A DNA stretch of 27,240 bases, from assembly GCA_963782915.1 (NCBI GenBank), contig CAWALK010000017.1, positions 1 through 27,240 of the forward strand, given 5' to 3'. The notes below the pieces were generated by a model. It did not search any database, had not been told where the DNA came from, and was given only the letters and a program-made list of their open reading frames with translations. Source of the DNA: an uncultured archaeon (GTDB lineage Archaea > Thermoproteota > Bathyarchaeia > Bathyarchaeales > Bathycorpusculaceae). A program made the position numbers and the translations under genes. This document shows, piece by piece, positions 10,486-20,566 of the stretch (position 1 is its first letter; each line of letters starts with the position of its first letter).

Positions 10486-10686
10486 AAAAACCTCTCTTCT
10501 ATTGAAGGTGTTGGGCGCTTATTTCCTTTTTCTTTTGGGGCTATTTTAAGCCTTGTTGTCCGATTTTGAAGTCACAAGTGTATTTATTTTTAGGTATGGT
10601 AGATAACGCAAGGCTCATAGGTTATCTGAAGCGTTCCCTTTTCTGTTGTCTATTCCCTGGGCTTTTACTTGTAGAAATGAGAAAAA

Positions 10687-11478
10687 ATGCCTAAAAAAAA
10701 GGTTTTACTAGGTGACTTTCATTATAATTGTTCTCTCTTTTAGCGTAATCTTTACCTTAGATCAGACTCAACTGTTCGATTCCGATAATTACTTGGTGGC
10801 CGCACAGACTCCTACACCAACTCCTACTGCATCACCTACTCCGACCCCGACTCCAACGCCTACGCCATCGCCAACTCCCACTCCAACAGCCACACCCACA
10901 CCAACCCCAACTCCAACACCTACCCCAACCGCAACCCCTACACCTTCACCGACCCCTAAACCCACAACTACCCCCACCCCGACACCAACACCTACACCTT
11001 CCCCTACTCCAACACCAAAAGCTACGCCAAAGTCGACTTCCACTCCAACACCGACACCAACCCCACTGCTACTCCAACCCCAACCAACCCCTACCCCACA
11101 CCAACTCCCACCGCCAACCCCAAGTCCCACCCCTACACCAACACCTGAACCCACAGCCCCCCCAACCCAAACCCCCACAAGCCAACCTCAACAATCCAAC
11201 CCCACAGCCCAACCAACAACCAAACCCACCACACAACCTCAACACCAAAACCAACCCCAACACCTACACCACAGCCAACACCCCAACCTACACAGCCAAC
11301 AGAAAGAGTACCCAACCGAACAGCCACAGTCAACCCCAACGTGGTTTCTCGAAGCGATATACTCCCTGTTGGAGGCGCGGCTTTAGCGTCCATAGTGGTT
11401 GTGGTTGCAGTTGCGCTTGTGATGAAGAGAAGACAACGTTTTGATGGTACAGACGAGTTTGATTTAGAAAGCATCTAA
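10687..11478 (+). CDS. Membrane-anchored Pro/Thr-repeat surface protein with frameshifts
   Basis: MPKKK plus a hydrophobic signal, a long (PT)n tract, and in another frame a C-terminal [24 protein letters not shown] ending TAA at 11478. Confidence 0.7.
10808..11150 (+). repeat. Low-complexity CCN-ACN hexamer tract encoding (PT)n
   Basis: Degenerate ACNCCN repeats with varied third codon positions. Confidence 0.9.
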
Positions 11479-11499
11479 AAAGGGTGCTAAGGCAGAGAG

Positions 11500-11858
11500 C
11501 TATGGCTCTTTTTGAGCGGGCTTATCAGTTTGCTTCTCTATAATTTCTATTAAAGTCCCTTTTGCAGTTACAAAATTATCGCTTGGCGAAGTCATATTCG
11601 CATAGACGACACCTTTTTCGTAGTCCTCGATGTCGGTTACTGTTAATTTGTTTGCTTCCTGCCAGTTAACCATGAAAAGCTCAGGTCTCAACTCAACTAT
11701 GCTAACTTGTAGCCTCTGAATTCTGACCAACTTCTGGGCCTTTTATTGCAGTTAGAGACAAGTGTGTTGTTGTTTTCGTAGTATAGGGTGAAGGCTTTTT
11801 CGCCGAAGTCAGCTTTAAACAAGTGGCCAATAATTGTAAAGTTGTCATCTGTTTTCAA
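11500..11858 (-). CDS. MoaF-like beta-barrel protein, two frameshifts (~11755, ~11722)
   Basis: TTG 11858 gives MKTDDNFTIIGHLFKADFG..., then IKGPEVG, then ELRPELFMVNWQE..TVTDIEDY..GVVYANMT..GTL. Confidence 0.6.
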
Positions 11859-11882
11859 TAAAATGTGCTACTTCCTTTCAGC

Positions 11883-12434
11883 TTAGAAGTAATCTATACT
11901 ACAGGCGAACGGTCTAGTCTCAGGTACACGAACTTCTCGGTTATCTAATAAATCGTCTAGTGCGTTTCTTAGGTCGCTGGTTTCAACTTTCTGGGGATCA
12001 CGTGAATCATCCACTCTCCCGCGATACCGCAACCTGCGATCCCTATCCAAAACAAACGCGTGCAAGGTGACTAATGCGCCGTAGCTTTTGGCTACTTTTT
12101 GGTCTTGGTCTTTGAGGTAGGGGAAGTTTAGTTCGCGCTCGTTGAAGACTTCCGCCATTTTTGTTATGGTTTCCAGAGGAAAGAAGTATTGGTTGTCTGA
12201 GTTTATGCCCACCACTTGGACATCTTTGGTTTCGTAGTCGGTTTGGATTGCCTTTAAGCGGTCAGTATAAACTCTTGCTGTAGGGCAGCGGTTAGCCATA
12301 AAAATCAAAATGACAATCGATTTATCCTCAAAAGTGGCAAGCGAATACCTTTTCCCATCTGAGCCTTCTAAATTGTCAAAAGAGGGCGCTTTCTGACCAA
12401 TAGGAAATGGATAAGTTACAGAAAAAAGGGCCAA
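11883..12434 (-). CDS. Thioredoxin-fold AhpC/TSA-like redoxin
   Basis: IGQKAPSF, ANRCP, VVGINSD, FPYLKD, YRGRVDD, C-terminal CSI. Confidence 0.88.
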   Translation of the reverse strand: MALFSVTYPFPIGQKAPSFDNLEGSDGKRYSLATFEDKSIVILIFMANRCPTARVYTDRLKAIQTDYETKDVQVVGINSDNQYFFPLETITKMAEVFNERELNFPYLKDQDQKVAKSYGALVTLHAFVLDRDRRLRYRGRVDDSRDPQKVETSDLRNALDDLLDNREVRVPETRPFACSIDYF

Positions 12435-12455
12435 AACGGAAATCTCACGCGCAGT

Positions 12456-12992
12456 TTAGAATTTGTTTGGGAACTGTTTGATTACGCCTTCTGAGAGAGT
12501 ATCTGCTATTAACATGCTTTCTGTGAAGTATTCATCGAGTTTTTTGATTTCTTCGGTATAGTTTTTGGCTATTCTGGCTGTTACGAACTCTTTAATCAGT
12601 TGCAGGTGTAGATGCAAAAGGTCAGCGGCGTCTTTTTTGGGCCAGTTTGGATTGGCTGAACTCAAGAATGCTGCTATATCGTCTGCGTTTGCAACCCATT
12701 TTTTATCGCTTTCAGCGAATTTCTGTTTGTCACCTGATTTGGCAGCTGCAACAACTTCAGTAGCAATAAGGATGTGCTGCTTGAGTAGGTCTGTAAGTTT
12801 GTTTGCTGCATCCTTCCCATAATAGGGGATAATGGCGTTTCCTATGTCCTCTTGGTTTCGAAGTAACCTGCCCGCTATTGCTTGTGCGTCTGGAAGGTCC
12901 GCGAATGCTGAAACGATGTAGAGTCGCGTGTATACTGTATGGTCAACCCATAGCCTTCGCATGGCTAGTTTTAATGATGTAATTGCTGACAT
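12456..12992 (-). CDS. All-helical hypothetical protein with repeated His motifs (LWxDH family)
   Basis: MRRLWVDHTVYTR, RLLRNQEDIG, YYG, LLKQH, NPNW, LHLHL, KQFPNKF. ATG at 12992. Confidence 0.75.
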   Translation of the reverse strand: MSAITSLKLAMRRLWVDHTVYTRLYIVSAFADLPDAQAIAGRLLRNQEDIGNAIIPYYGKDAANKLTDLLKQHILIATEVVAAAKSGDKQKFAESDKKWVANADDIAAFLSSANPNWPKKDAADLLHLHLQLIKEFVTARIAKNYTEEIKKLDEYFTESMLIADTLSEGVIKQFPNKF

Positions 12993-13069
12993 GGGAAAAA
13001 CTTTGCTTTTTTTGTTACTTAATGGTTTGTTGGCGCACATAAGTGCTACAAAGTAAACTTGCAATTGAA

Positions 13070-13216
13070 TTATGTACCGATGTATTTTAGCGGTTTTTCA
13101 TCGAATTCCAGTTTGCACATTGGACCGCAGAAATAGTATATTTTGCCATTGTAGACTGATTTGTACTTCGCTGTTTTTTCGTCAATTTCCATTCCACAGA
13201 CGACATCTACTACCAC
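13070..13216 (-). CDS. Stand-alone YHS/TRASH-domain protein, 48 aa (not in the ORF track)
   Basis: GTG start; MVVDVVCGMEIDEKTAKYKSVYNGKIYYFCGPMCKLEFDEKPLKYIGT* fits the YHS pattern D.VCGM...Y.G..YYFC...C...F...P..Y. Confidence 0.9.
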   Translation of the reverse strand: MVVDVVCGMEIDEKTAKYKSVYNGKIYYFCGPMCKLEFDEKPLKYIGT

Positions 13217-13328
13217 AAAAATCCCCAAGTACTACCAGTAGGTCCTCATTGATTGCTTTTTCGTGGAAAAATCGGCAAGCGGCCACAATAAAGCAACGAC
13301 TCCATGACAGGGCATTAAGTGTTTTTGA

Positions 13329-13577
13329 TTAAACGGGTTGCTCTTTGCCACATCTTGGACAGAACCGTGAATTAGGTGGGATCGCTTGTCCACATTGCGA
13401 ACAATATCTACCCGAAGGCGGAGCGCTTTGGTAAGGCTGGCTGTATTGAGGAACGCTTTGATAGCGGATGACGATGGGTCGGGTGAAATAGTAAATGAGT
13501 GCAATGGGCCAACAGAAAATCGCTAGAATAATCAAAAGAGCGAGGTCATAATCTCTTGTTTCGTATGGCTGCGTCAA
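13329..13577 (-). CDS. Small membrane protein with a C-terminal zinc ribbon
   Basis: Hydrophobic segment LALLIILAIFCWPIALIYYF; CSQCG..FCPRCG. Confidence 0.8.
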   Translation of the reverse strand: MTQPYETRDYDLALLIILAIFCWPIALIYYFTRPIVIRYQSVPQYSQPYQSAPPSGRYCSQCGQAIPPNSRFCPRCGKEQPV

Positions 13578-13647
13578 ACTTATGTCCCGACTTGACTCTA
13601 TACTTAGCTGTTGTAGATTTAAGCTTTCAGCGATAAAATGTTTGGGC

Positions 13648-14145
13648 TTAGCCGATTTGATTCAACTCTTCAAGATATGGCTGTAGACACTTGGTTTTAG
13701 AGGCAATCAAATAAACGCACAGTGCATACAAACCTGCCATTCCAACAGCCGCTAAAAAGCCCAGATAAACTCCCGTGAACAGCAACAAAAACCCTAATCC
13801 CTCAGAAAGCCCCAGCAAATAACCTGAAGCCAGACGCAACCCCGTATTGCTCTTTCTCAATCGAGCGCTTTGCGTAAACCAATCAGCCACAGCAAACAGG
13901 GGCAATATCCCAATGACTGGAAGATAAAACTGAACAGGCAAAGTAACGCTGAAAAGTGCCGCTCCAAAAATAGTTGCCATTCCAAACGCTATACCCGTGC
14001 ATCTGGAGCATAAGTAAAGGCTTCTTTGACCCAACTTAACGTGGATAGTGTGGTCCAGTTTTTCTTTAGGATGATGTGCAGCTAGTAGGAAAAGGAAATA
14101 GCGCCAGTTTCGTTCTACCATTATGTTCCCATCAGCAAAGGCCAA
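13648..14145 (-). CDS. DUF2085-like membrane protein (start possibly ATG 14121)
   Basis: AHH..LCSRCTG, P..AVADWFTQ, SNTGLRLASG, several TM segments. Confidence 0.75.
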   Translation of the reverse strand: MAFADGNIMVERNWRYFLFLLAAHHPKEKLDHTIHVKLGQRSLYLCSRCTGIAFGMATIFGAALFSVTLPVQFYLPVIGILPLFAVADWFTQSARLRKSNTGLRLASGYLLGLSEGLGFLLLFTGVYLGFLAAVGMAGLYALCVYLIASKTKCLQPYLEELNQIG

Positions 14146-14201
14146 GTTTCAATGGGCTAAATCGGCATATTAGATTTTTGGCAAACTACCGATATTTCGA
14201 C

Positions 14202-14244
14202 CTTTAAATAGGGGATAGGGGGGGGATCACTTCAAAGCAACAAA
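14202..14244 (-). repeat. Dispersed motif A, copy 3
   Basis: The minus strand reads TTTGTTGCTTTGAAGTGAT-C-run-TATCCCCTATTTAAAG; overlaps the DUF72 stop codon. Confidence 0.65.
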
Positions 14245-14987
14245 GGCGTTTCCACATTCTTTGCTTGCGGCTCCAATATTTTCTTTAGAGTTAAGCAGTT
14301 CCTTGGGGCGTTAGCGTTGAAATCGTTATTGAAGTAGCATAGCACTTGCTGGGGGTTTTGTTGTTTGATTTTTTGTGCCCAAACCGCCAACTCTTCATCG
14401 GGGTAATTGTGTTTGTACCAACCGTCTTTGCCATGGAACCGCACATAAACCGCCGAACCAGTTTTGACTATAGTTTCTGGAAGCTCAGAAGCGGAGACAC
14501 TACAGAAAACAATACCCCTGCTTATCCATGAACTCGTAGACTTCGCTGTCCCACCAGCTCTCATGCCGAAACTCCAAAACATTCATCACTGATCCGTCAA
14601 GCTGGTCCGCGATGGTTTGGAGCAAATCCATGTTTTTGTGGACCATCGGCGGCAACTGAAACAAAACGCAAAGAAGCTTCTCCCTCAGCAAATGAGCAAG
14701 CTCATAGAAGTCGGCTGTGTACTGCTTTGTTCCCTTGAATTTATGGAGATGCGTGATTATTCGATTAGCCTTCAAGGTAAAGGTAAAGTTGCTGGGGGTT
14801 TTGTTGTACCAGCCTTCGAGCAGTTTCTGGCTGGGATAACGGTAGAAGGTATTGTTAACTTCTAATGTGTTAAAGAATTGCGTGTAGTACTCTAACCATT
14901 TTGTTTTGGCTAGCTTCTCTGGATAGAAAGGCCTCTCCAGTGGTTGTAATAGAAGCCCGAGCATCCCAAAAAATACTCAGTTGCCAT
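14232..14987 (-). CDS. DUF72 (YecE-like) protein, two frameshifts (~14930, ~14505)
   Basis: ATG 14987 gives YFLGCSGFYYNHW, then FYP, EVNNTFYRYP, KANRIITH, LFQLPP, EFRHESW, YVRFHG, YFNND, APRN. Confidence 0.92.
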
Positions 14988-15151
14988 TCAGAGAACTCAC
15001 TATTCGTAATCGACGAAGCATTTGTGTAATATTTGTTTGTGTCACCCAAAACACACCAACAAAACCAGTTAAGGCATAATAGAAAAAGGATATAACCAAA
15101 GATTCGGTTGATAAACTAGGCGTTTTTAACCAAAATCAGTGTGGCCTATTT

Positions 15152-16270
15152 TTGTCTTCTATAATGAGGCATCTATCCATTAGACGATCCGTTCTCTTCA
15201 TGATCATCGGTATAGTAGTCTTCATTGTATACCTCTACTTCTTCATCGGCATCGACAAATTATTGGCGGTTCTAGCAAACGTCAACTCAGGACAATACGT
15301 GCTGTTTTACTCCTTAGCACTGCTTGCGGTACTTGCCTCCGTCTTTTTTTGGTCAGCTGCATGGAATACAATACTGCGAACACTATCGGTCAAAGTATCC
15401 TACAGACGCGCCTACCTATACTATTGGGTCGGCTACTTCAGCGACTTAGTTATTCCATGTGCAACGGTCTGCGGCGAATTAACCCGAATGTACCTCGTTG
15501 AGAAGGAAACCAAAAAAAGCTACGGTGTACTGGCTGCTGCTGCTATAACTAACCGCATAGTCGCTTACACTATAGTAACCATCGGGCTCTATAGCGGTGC
15601 AATTTTGATTTTTCTAAAACCAGGTATACCGCCCATAATAATCAATATCTTCATTATTTTCCTAGTCGGTGTAACCATCTACACCGCTGCATTGCTGTAT
15701 CTAGCAGTTGTCAAGCAGGCAGCAAAAAACTTCACAACCCTATATGAGAAAATCCTCAAGAAACTACGACCAAAAAGCTACAACACAACTCAAATCCAAC
15801 ATACCAACGAATCCCTTGCCAACTATTACGAAGGCTTCAAAGTATTCCGCGAAAAACCACGACTGCTAATCAGACCCTTCATCCTGCATATAACCTCATA
15901 CCTGCTGGGCCTCTCGGTTTATATTTTAATCTTTGTTGCACTTGGGATTCCTGCGCCAAGCCCAGAATTCTACATAGTCATCTACTTCATAGCTACAGCC
16001 GTTCAGGATGCAGCCGCCGCCTTCTCGGTTGGCTCGCTAGACATTATACTCGCAAGCATCTTCATACTCTATGGTTTAGATCCTGCTGTGAGCGGAATCG
16101 CTGCACTGTTGCTGCGTAGCGCCAGTTTCTGGTTCCCCCTCTTCGTTGGCTTCGTCTGCGTTCAGTGGTTAGGGGCACGTAGTTTAATTTCCAAGCCGCC
16201 TCAAATAAGGCGACACCGCAAAAAACCAGAAGCTAAAAACCCTCAAACGGAATTGTCGGTTCAACCGTAG
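15152..16270 (+). CDS. Flippase-like / lysylphosphatidylglycerol-synthase TM (UPF0104) membrane protein
   Basis: Many TM helices; VIPCATVCGELTRMY, NR, LLRSASFW motifs. Confidence 0.82.
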   Translation: MSSIMRHLSIRRSVLFMIIGIVVFIVYLYFFIGIDKLLAVLANVNSGQYVLFYSLALLAVLASVFFWSAAWNTILRTLSVKVSYRRAYLYYWVGYFSDLVIPCATVCGELTRMYLVEKETKKSYGVLAAAAITNRIVAYTIVTIGLYSGAILIFLKPGIPPIIINIFIIFLVGVTIYTAALLYLAVVKQAAKNFTTLYEKILKKLRPKSYNTTQIQHTNESLANYYEGFKVFREKPRLLIRPFILHITSYLLGLSVYILIFVALGIPAPSPEFYIVIYFIATAVQDAAAAFSVGSLDIILASIFILYGLDPAVSGIAALLLRSASFWFPLFVGFVCVQWLGARSLISKPPQIRRHRKKPEAKNPQTELSVQP

Positions 16271-16416
16271 GACAGAGTTTAGGTGTTCCAATAAAAATGC
16301 GCTATAGACTTGTTGTAGCTATATTTGTCACTTTAACTGACCCCTCCCCCGCGTTGCAATGTCGTTTTGGCAGCCGCCTTAAAAGCAATTCAAACGTAAA
16401 TGCGCTTTTGTGAACA

Positions 16417-16629
16417 ATGATGACTCAAGCCCAAGCTGCATACGAAGAGGAATTACTTGTGTCTTTGACTTTCCATAATTTCTCAGCGGAGATGCTAAAA
16501 GAGTTTGCACAGAAAATCGTTAAACCCTACTTCCGCGGCAACATAAACGAGGCAGTGAGAAGCCTCATGGAAAAAGCTATTCAAGAAGAAACCATAGCTA
16601 ATCAGGCAATACGGCAAAAAGGAAGATAA
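16417..16629 (+). CDS. Small hypothetical protein, possibly ribbon-helix-helix
   Basis: A beta-like VSLTF followed by two amphipathic helices (GNINEAVRSLMEKAI). Confidence 0.6.
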   Translation: MMTQAQAAYEEELLVSLTFHNFSAEMLKEFAQKIVKPYFRGNINEAVRSLMEKAIQEETIANQAIRQKGR

Positions 16630-16701
16630 CTCCCTCAGAATCTGTTTTTCTGATGTAATTTTTATATTTCTCAGAAGAGCCATATCTGCAACGGTACCAG
16701 T

Positions 16702-17682
16702 ATGGCTCGATTACTCGATCCCTTAAACGTTAAAGGCATAACATTGCGCAACCGCATAGTGATGCCGCCGATGCAGTCAGGCAGAGCATCCTTCAAGGGC
16801 GAAGTCACGAATAAACTCGTTAACTTTTACGTTCGCCGCTCCTCCGCATTGGGGCTGCCAATCGTGGAGCATGCCTATGTTTCTGCTTTGGGAAAAATTG
16901 GGCCTAAACAGTTGGGTATCTATGATGACTCGCTGATTGGGGGGTTTGAGAAATTAGCCTCAGGGATTCACTCCGTCGGAGCCCCAGCTATAGTTCAAAT
17001 CAGCCATGCCGGAGCAGTCGCCAACAAAAAAGTCATAGGACAAACCCCGGTTGGCCCCTGCACCCGAGACAAAACCCGCATGCTAGAAAAAGAAGAACTC
17101 TACATACTCGCAGACGACTACGCCATAGCAGCGGAACGAGCAGTAAAAGCCGGATTCGACGGCGTCGAACTCCACGGAGCCCACGGATACCTCCTCAACC
17201 AGTTCTTCACGCCATTACTCAACAAACGAAATGACGAATTCGGCGGATTACTGGAGAATCGGATGCGTTTTCCGCTACTGGTTGTCCAGAAGGTTCGTCA
17301 ACGCCTCGGCAAGGGGCTTTTGCTTTACAGGTTGGGTTCGGATGACTTAGCGCCAAATGGCACACACATCCAAGACGCAATCGCTTTCTCGCTTAAGCTA
17401 CAGGAAGCTGGCGTTGATATTCTTGATGTGTCAGGCGGCATGTGTGGAAGCGAGCCCAAGCAGCTGCGCCAAATCACAGGTTACTTTGTTCCGCAGGCAA
17501 GTGAAATCAAAAAGGCTGTTCGGGTACCAGTTATTGGCGTTGGCGGAATAAAAAAGCCAGAGTTCGCAGATAAGTTGGTGGCGGATGGCTTGGTGGATTT
17601 GGTGGCGGTGGGGCGGGCGCTTTACCATGATAATGAGTGGCCGCAGAAAGCTGCCCAAACACTAAACAGGGTAATACCGTAA
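16702..17682 (+). CDS. NADH:flavin oxidoreductase (old yellow enzyme family)
   Basis: LRNRIVMPPM, QISHAG, AGFDGVELHGAHGYLLNQF, RNDEFGG..ENRMRF, VGGI, DLVAVGR. Confidence 0.95.
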   Translation: MARLLDPLNVKGITLRNRIVMPPMQSGRASFKGEVTNKLVNFYVRRSSALGLPIVEHAYVSALGKIGPKQLGIYDDSLIGGFEKLASGIHSVGAPAIVQISHAGAVANKKVIGQTPVGPCTRDKTRMLEKEELYILADDYAIAAERAVKAGFDGVELHGAHGYLLNQFFTPLLNKRNDEFGGLLENRMRFPLLVVQKVRQRLGKGLLLYRLGSDDLAPNGTHIQDAIAFSLKLQEAGVDILDVSGGMCGSEPKQLRQITGYFVPQASEIKKAVRVPVIGVGGIKKPEFADKLVADGLVDLVAVGRALYHDNEWPQKAAQTLNRVIP

Positions 17683-17748
17683 ATTTAATAATCCTTCAAC
17701 TTCATTGGCTAAATAGCGCTGGGTTAGCGTAAAAGAGTGTGTGGCTAC

Positions 17749-19452
17749 TTGAAGAAAAAATCGATACTGGTTGTTTTATTAGGGCTTTTATTCTTACTGT
17801 GCTCAAGTTGCTTTAGCGAAATATTGACAGTTTTAGGCGATAATTCAAGCAGCGACTCCGACAGCACCAGCAATTCATGGCCTATGTTCCAAAACAACTT
17901 ATCCCATCAAAGCTACAAAGCATCCAGCGGGCCACAGTCAAATCAAACCCTCTGGACGTACACGGTTTCCTCACAATCACTCTCGGCACCTACAGTTTCC
18001 AATGGCATAGTTTATGTTGGCTCAACTAATGGCGATGTAGTCGCTGTGAATGCCTCCACAGGGGCACTTCTATGGCGTTACAAAACCGGCGGCGCAGTTT
18101 ATTCTTCACCTGCAATTGCAGATGGCGTGGCCTATTTTGGTTCATGGGACACTTACATCTATGCAGTAAATGCAATATCTGGTGAGTTGCTCTGGCAGTA
18201 TAAAACGGAGAGTTATGTGCAATCGTCTCCAGCCGTTGCCGACGGCGTAGTCTATATTGCTTCATATGACGCCAGCGTTTATGCTTTGAATGCTAAAACT
18301 GGCGATGAAATCTGGAATTACGACACTGAAAGCGGCGCTGTAGGTTCCTCCCCTGCAATTGTGGATGAGGTAGTCTACATTGGTGATAACGGTGGCAGAG
18401 TCCACGCTTTAAACGCTGCTACAGGCGCAAAACTGTGGGTTTCCGCTATCGGCGATACCATTTATTCTTCGCCTGCAGTAGCCAACGGCGTCGTCTATAT
18501 TGGCGCCGATCGATTCCGTAACGGCAGCATCTACGCTCTAAGTGCGTCAAGTGGCCAGGTAATTTGGAGTTACCCAACACCAATTTGTCGGTGTATTCAT
18601 CTCCTGCTATAGCTGAGGGCATGGTTTACGTTGGTTCTCTTGATTCTCAGGGTTCGTCAAGCGGGAAACTTTTTGCTTTAGATGCGCAAACAGGCGCAAA
18701 ACTATGGAGCTATGCTACTGGCGGCGAAATTTATTCTTCTCCAGCGGTTGCTAAAGATGTAGTTTACATAGCGGGGGGCGACGGAAACGTTGCTGCCCTC
18801 AAGGCTTCTGATGGAGGGGTGGTTTGGAATTACCCAACTGGCAACCCAATTCTTTGGTCATCTCCCGCGATTGTGGACGGTGTATTGTTTGTGGGTTCGG
18901 ATAATGGGGTTCTGTATGCTTTTGGGCCTCACAGTCAGTTAGTACACACTACACCAACTCCAACGCGCACCAACAACCAATTCATCCCAGCCAACAGTGC
19001 AAGCAACAACCCAAAACGGCACAACAATCAACCTAACATTAAATGGAAACATTACGGCCTCACAAATATCAAACTTAACAATCGTAACCTCAGCCAACAC
19101 AACAGCCGTATCTTTCACCTTAACAGGCGAGAACGGCACGGTTGGCTTTTGCAACATGACGCTTCCCAAAAATGCCCTATCAAATGCAACTAACCCAACA
19201 ATTTACATAGACAACCAACTGGCATTAGACCAAGGTTACACTGAAGACGCCGACAACTACTACATCTGGTACACGACACACTTCAGCACACACAGGGTCT
19301 CCATTCAATTTAGTAACGAAGCTGTTAGAGGCGGCGTTGAGGGAGAGGTTAATTTTATTCAAATAATCTATGGCGTAGCAGTTGCCCTTGTTATAGTCGT
19401 GTCTGTTGTGGTGGTTGTTAAATTGGTGACTCGCGAAAAAAAGAAACACTAA
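17749..19452 (+). CDS. Secreted PQQ-like/BamB-type beta-propeller surface protein with a C-terminal TM anchor, two frameshifts (~18578, ~18965)
   Basis: Signal peptide, WPMFQ, about 8 repeats of SSPAV.DG.VY.G....YAL.A.TG..LW, a PT linker, a beta-rich domain (YTTHFSTH), and TM plus KKKH. Confidence 0.88.
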
Positions 19453-19530
19453 TGACAGACTATTGTGGTGTGCTTTTTTGCACGCACACACCATTATACC
19501 ATTTTTAGGCGTAGATGCATCCAGAGACTG

Positions 19531-19827
19531 ATGACAATGAACGCAGACAAACCCTCCCGACTGGAACTCTACATAGAAATCCTACGATCCATAGAGAAAC
19601 TCCGCTCCAGCAACCTCATAACCATTCAAGAAGAAACAAATGTCGAGCAAGCCTTCTTAGCGCATGCGATTCATTTTCTGGAATCACAGAATCTCGTACA
19701 AAAGGAACGTGTAGATAACCAAGACCTCTACATGACTACGCCCAGAGGCGACCGCATAAACAGGTATTTCATAGCTAAATCGAAGGCACTGCCGGCTAAC
19801 GATGACCCAATGGCTCGAATTGCCTAA
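19531..19827 (+). CDS. Winged helix-turn-helix protein (HTH_45-like)
   Basis: SRLELYIEIL ... L...NLV ... YMTTPRG. Confidence 0.8.
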   Translation: MTMNADKPSRLELYIEILRSIEKLRSSNLITIQEETNVEQAFLAHAIHFLESQNLVQKERVDNQDLYMTTPRGDRINRYFIAKSKALPANDDPMARIA

Positions 19828-20315
19828 ACTGTTTTTTGTTGTGCGGCTGGTTCATCCTTGAACTTGCGCCGAATCATGATAACCAAGACTATGCATACTG
19901 CAGCTATGATTATTGCCACAATCGGCAGCAAAAACACCGGGAAAGCGGAATTGTTCTCTAACTCCGGGTTGGTTTGATAGGTAAAGGTAACTTTGACAGT
20001 GTTTGCAAGGTTGTTTTCGAAGTTTACGTAGTATTTTCCTTCTTGGGTTGCTACGAAGCTGAATTGTCCTGCACTATCGACTAAGCCTAAGTTGGCTAGT
20101 TGGGTGCCGTTGGCATCGTTTACCCAGACACGCACGGCTCCTGTGGTTGTGAGAGAACCGTTGAATATTGCTCCTTGGGGCAACTCGAATGTGTAGCGTT
20201 GTGTAGCTTGGGATACAGGGAAGGTTTCAGTGGTTGAAGCAGATACGCAAGCCGCCATCAGAGACGATGCAAGTATGGCTAAGATTATGATTGTTATTGC
20301 TCGTGTTTTGTTCAT
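19824..20315 (-). CDS. Single-pass membrane protein with a GOLD/emp24-like beta-sandwich
   Basis: Signal peptide, GQFSFVATQEGKYYVNFEN, C-terminal TM followed by RRK. Confidence 0.65.
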   Translation of the reverse strand: MNKTRAITIIILAILASSLMAACVSASTTETFPVSQATQRYTFELPQGAIFNGSLTTTGAVRVWVNDANGTQLANLGLVDSAGQFSFVATQEGKYYVNFENNLANTVKVTFTYQTNPELENNSAFPVFLLPIVAIIIAAVCIVLVIMIRRKFKDEPAAQQKTV

Positions 20316-20390
20316 GTTCGCACCCAGAGGATGCAAACTATTTGCGTTTGCTCCCTATTAATGGTCGCGTTACAAAGCCATTTTTTCTCG

Positions 20391-20541
20391 AGTTGTTGTG
20401 TGGAGGACTCCTCTTTTTTCAAAAACTTGCTTTTTCGAGTAGTAGTTGTTGGCAGGGACTCCTATGCTCTTCTTCTTCCTGCGGGCTTGGCAGGCGGCTG
20501 TGTTTTGGTTTCTGCGTTTAGTGGCGGTTGCAGGTTGGTTG
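20391..20541 (+). repeat. Dispersed motif B, copy 2
   Basis: CCTCTTTTTTCAA at 20410-20422 and GGCGGTTGCAGGTTGGTTG at 20523-20541; about 50 nt longer internally than copy 1. Confidence 0.8.
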
Positions 20542-20566
20542 CGGTTTACGTTACAAGTTCTGATAG

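Noticed and set aside
10808-11150. CRISPR array or non-coding tandem repeat
   Set aside because: The periodicity is codon-level with synonymous variation, and there is no repeat-spacer structure.
10789-11474. Gly/Val-rich minus-strand ORFs
   Set aside because: They are antisense shadows of the (PT)n tract.
13072-13332. 86-aa plus-strand ORF
   Set aside because: It is antisense to the clearly recognisable YHS gene at 13070-13216.
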